The notes under the pieces are model-generated. The model had not been told where the DNA came from. It did no database searches and saw only the letters and a program-made list of their open reading frames with translations. Position numbers and translations under genes: made by a program. Below, piece by piece: positions 61,731-64,000 of a stretch of 64,000 nucleotides of DNA. The DNA is from Gekko japonicus (taxonomy: Eukaryota). The stretch is from contig NW_015170306.1 in NCBI RefSeq assembly GCF_001447785.1, positions 295,917-359,916 of the forward strand, read 5' to 3'. Numbering within the stretch: the first letter of the stretch is position 1; each line of letters starts with the position of its first letter.

Positions 61731-62603
61731 NNNNNNNNNNNNNNNNNNNNNNNNNNNNNNNNNNNNNNNNNNNNNNNNNNNNNNNNNNNNNNNNNNNNNN
61801 NNNNNNNNNNNNNNNNNNNNNNNNNNNNNNNNNNNNNNNNNNNNNNNNNNNNNNNNNNNNNNNNNNNNNNNNNNNNNNNNNNNNNNNNNNNNNNNNNNNN
61901 NNNNNNNNNNNNNNNNNNNNNNNNNNNNNNNNNNNNNNNNNNNNNNNNNNNNNNNNNNNNNNNNNNNNNNNNNNNNNNNNNNNNNNNNNNNNNNNNNNNN
62001 NNNNNNNNNNNNNNNNNNNNNNNNNNNNNNNNNNNNNNNNNNNNNNNNNNNNNNNNNNNNNNNNNNNNNNNNNNNNNNNNNNNNNNNNNNNNNNNNNNNN
62101 NNNNNNNNNNNNNNNNNNNNNNNNNNNNNNNNNNNNNNNNNNNNNNNNNNNNNNNNNNNNNNNNNNNNNNNNNNNNNNNNNNNNNNNNNNNNNNNNNNNN
62201 NNNNNNNNNNNNNNNNNNNNNNNNNNNNNNNNNNNNNNNNNNNNNNNNNNNNNNNNNNNNNNNNNNNNNNNNNNNNNNNNNNNNNNNNNNNNNNNNNNNN
62301 NNNNNNNNNNNNNNNNNNNNNNNNNNNNNNNNNNNNNNNNNNNNNNNNNNNNNNNNNNNNNNNNNNNNNNNNNNNNNNNNNNNNNNNNNNNNNNNNNNNN
62401 NNNNNNNNNNNNNNNNNNNNNNNNNNNNNNNNNNNNNNNNNNNNNNNNNNNNNNNNNNNNNNNNNNNNNNNNNNNNNNNNNNNNNNNNNNNNNNNNNNNN
62501 NNNNNNNNNNNNNNNNNNNNNNNNNNNNNNNNNNNNNNNNNNNNNNNNNNNNNNNNNNNNNNNNNNNNNNNNNNNNNNNNNNNNNNNNNNNNNNNNNNNN
62601 NNN
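61731..62603. other. Assembly gap
   Basis: N run. Confidence 1.
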
Positions 62604-63650
62604 CACAGCTTCTAAAGCCCGATGAAGGTCATTGAGACTCGAGTTCGACCGGCCACCCAGCATCAGATAGAGCTGGGTGTCATCAGCATACTGATGACAC
62701 CCAAGCCCATAACTCCGGGCAATCTGGGCAAGGGGGCGCATATAGATATTAAATAGCATCGGGGACAACACTGCTCCCTGCGGCACCCCACACTCAAGGG
62801 GATACCTGCGGGAGTGCCGGTCCCCGAGAACCACCCTTTGTCCCCGACCTTGCAGGAAAGAGGCAAACCATTGAAGAGCAAGCCCCTGAATCCCCACGTC
62901 GGTGAGGCGGTGGGTCAGCAACTGGTGGTCGACCGTGTCGAACGCAGCCGACAGATCTAACAGCACCAGTGCCGCCACACCACCTCGATCCAGATGCCTA
63001 CGGAGATCGTCAGTCAGGGCGACCAAAGCCGTCTCGGTCCCGTGGCCCGGGCGGAAACCGGACTGGAAGAGATCTAAGACTGAAGCATCCTCCAGAAAGC
63101 CCTGTAACTGTAACGCCACCGCCCTCTCTATAAGTTTGCCCAAATAGGGCAAATTGGACACCGGCCGATAGTTCGCCAATTCGGCCGGGTCCAGAGATGG
63201 GGTTTTTAAGAGGGGGCGGACCATCGCGTCCTTGAGCGCATTCGGGAACCGTCCCTCCGAGAGGGACGTGTTGATAATATCCCACAATGCGCCTTGCAAC
63301 CCCTCGGGACCCGCTTTAACAAGCCACGAGGGGCACGGATCACGGTCGCAAGTCGTTGGGACGTGTTGATAATATCCCACAATGCGCCTTGCAACCCCTC
63401 GGGACCCGCTTTAACAAGCCACGAGGGGCACGGATCAAGGTCGCAAGTCGTTGGGCGCACAGAGACGAGCAATCTGTCCACTTTGTCCAGACTGAGCTGA
63501 TTAAAACACTCTAAACCCACTACCGAGGCCGCGCAAGGGGCCTCAAGTTCGCTCACTGTCTCAAGTGTGGCGGGCAGGTCACGGCGAAGCTCCAAGACTT
63601 TATCCGCGAAAAAGCTCGCAAAAGCCTCACAGCCGATGTCCAATTCCCTA
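62604..63650 (-). mobile_element. Young L2-clade LINE, RT region
   Basis: NYRPVSNLP, QSGFRPGHGTETAL, LLDLSAAFDTVDH, GVPQGAVLSP, QYADDTQLY. Confidence 0.92.
63263..63455. repeat. 95-bp tandem duplication that frameshifts the L2 ORF
   Basis: GGGACGTGTTGATAAT...AAGTCGTT occurs twice with one mismatch. Confidence 0.9.
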
Positions 63651-63659
63651 ATAACCTCC

Positions 63660-63945
63660 AGGTACTGGAGACAAACTTTATAAAGATTATTTCAGATGCT
63701 GAATGACAATAGGCTTGATTGGATTAGGTGTGATATGCAGAGGGGTAGTAGGTGTGGAAATATCATCATTGGTAACGAGGCAGGAAACTTAGGTCTCAGT
63801 TCGGTCCAGGAGGATTTAGTCCAGGAGGATGCAAACAAAAAATGGACATAAGTCTGAAGAAGTGAGCACTGACTCATGAAAGCTCATACCCTGCCACAAA
63901 TTTTGTTAGTCTTCAAGGTGCTATTGAATTCTTATTCTTTCTACA
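63660..63945. mobile_element. Penelope-like terminal region with a minimal hammerhead motif
   Basis: CTGAAGA-AGTGAG...CTCAT-GAAAGCTCA at 63854-63886 followed by the conserved GGTGCTA...TCTTTCTAC end. Confidence 0.65.
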
Positions 63946-64000
63946 GCTATAAGAAATCACAATGTTAAAAAAAACAGTGGGGGGACATTTCAACCTTCCA

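Noticed and set aside
61688-62635. Long ORFs of 296-552 aa in the ORF track
   Set aside because: Artefacts of reading through the N gap.

Overview
Squamate reptile genomic DNA, most likely a gecko, judged from Sauria SINEs, 5S- and tRNA-derived SINEs, RTE-BovB, CR1, L2, squamate L1, and hAT/Harbinger-type MITEs. It is not prokaryotic: there are no CRISPR arrays, rRNA or tRNA genes. The window is dominated by nested and rearranged transposable elements: a TSD-bounded full-length L1 (17972-27737) carrying six later insertions, including a degenerate Ngaro/DIRS fragment; a CR1/SINE/L1/BovB composite (35400-43430); two related Gypsy elements with tRNA-Ser primer sites; several solo LTRs; Penelope ends with minimal hammerhead motifs; and two RTE-X-like LINEs that both have 5'-inverted (twin-priming-like) architecture. 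Small splice-signal-flanked segments on the + strand (best 46515-46603) suggest the window is mostly intron of an unidentified host gene, possibly with several alternative first exons. I see no clearly new gene system. The most unusual signals are mechanistic: the inverted RTE-X insertions, a SINE whose aligned substitutions all go AT to GC, two L2 halves 53 kb apart that meet at the same ~17 bp, and repeated TSD-less or long-duplication insertions. Family names come from motif recognition, not database searches. Assembly gaps are at 7907-7923 and 61731-62603.
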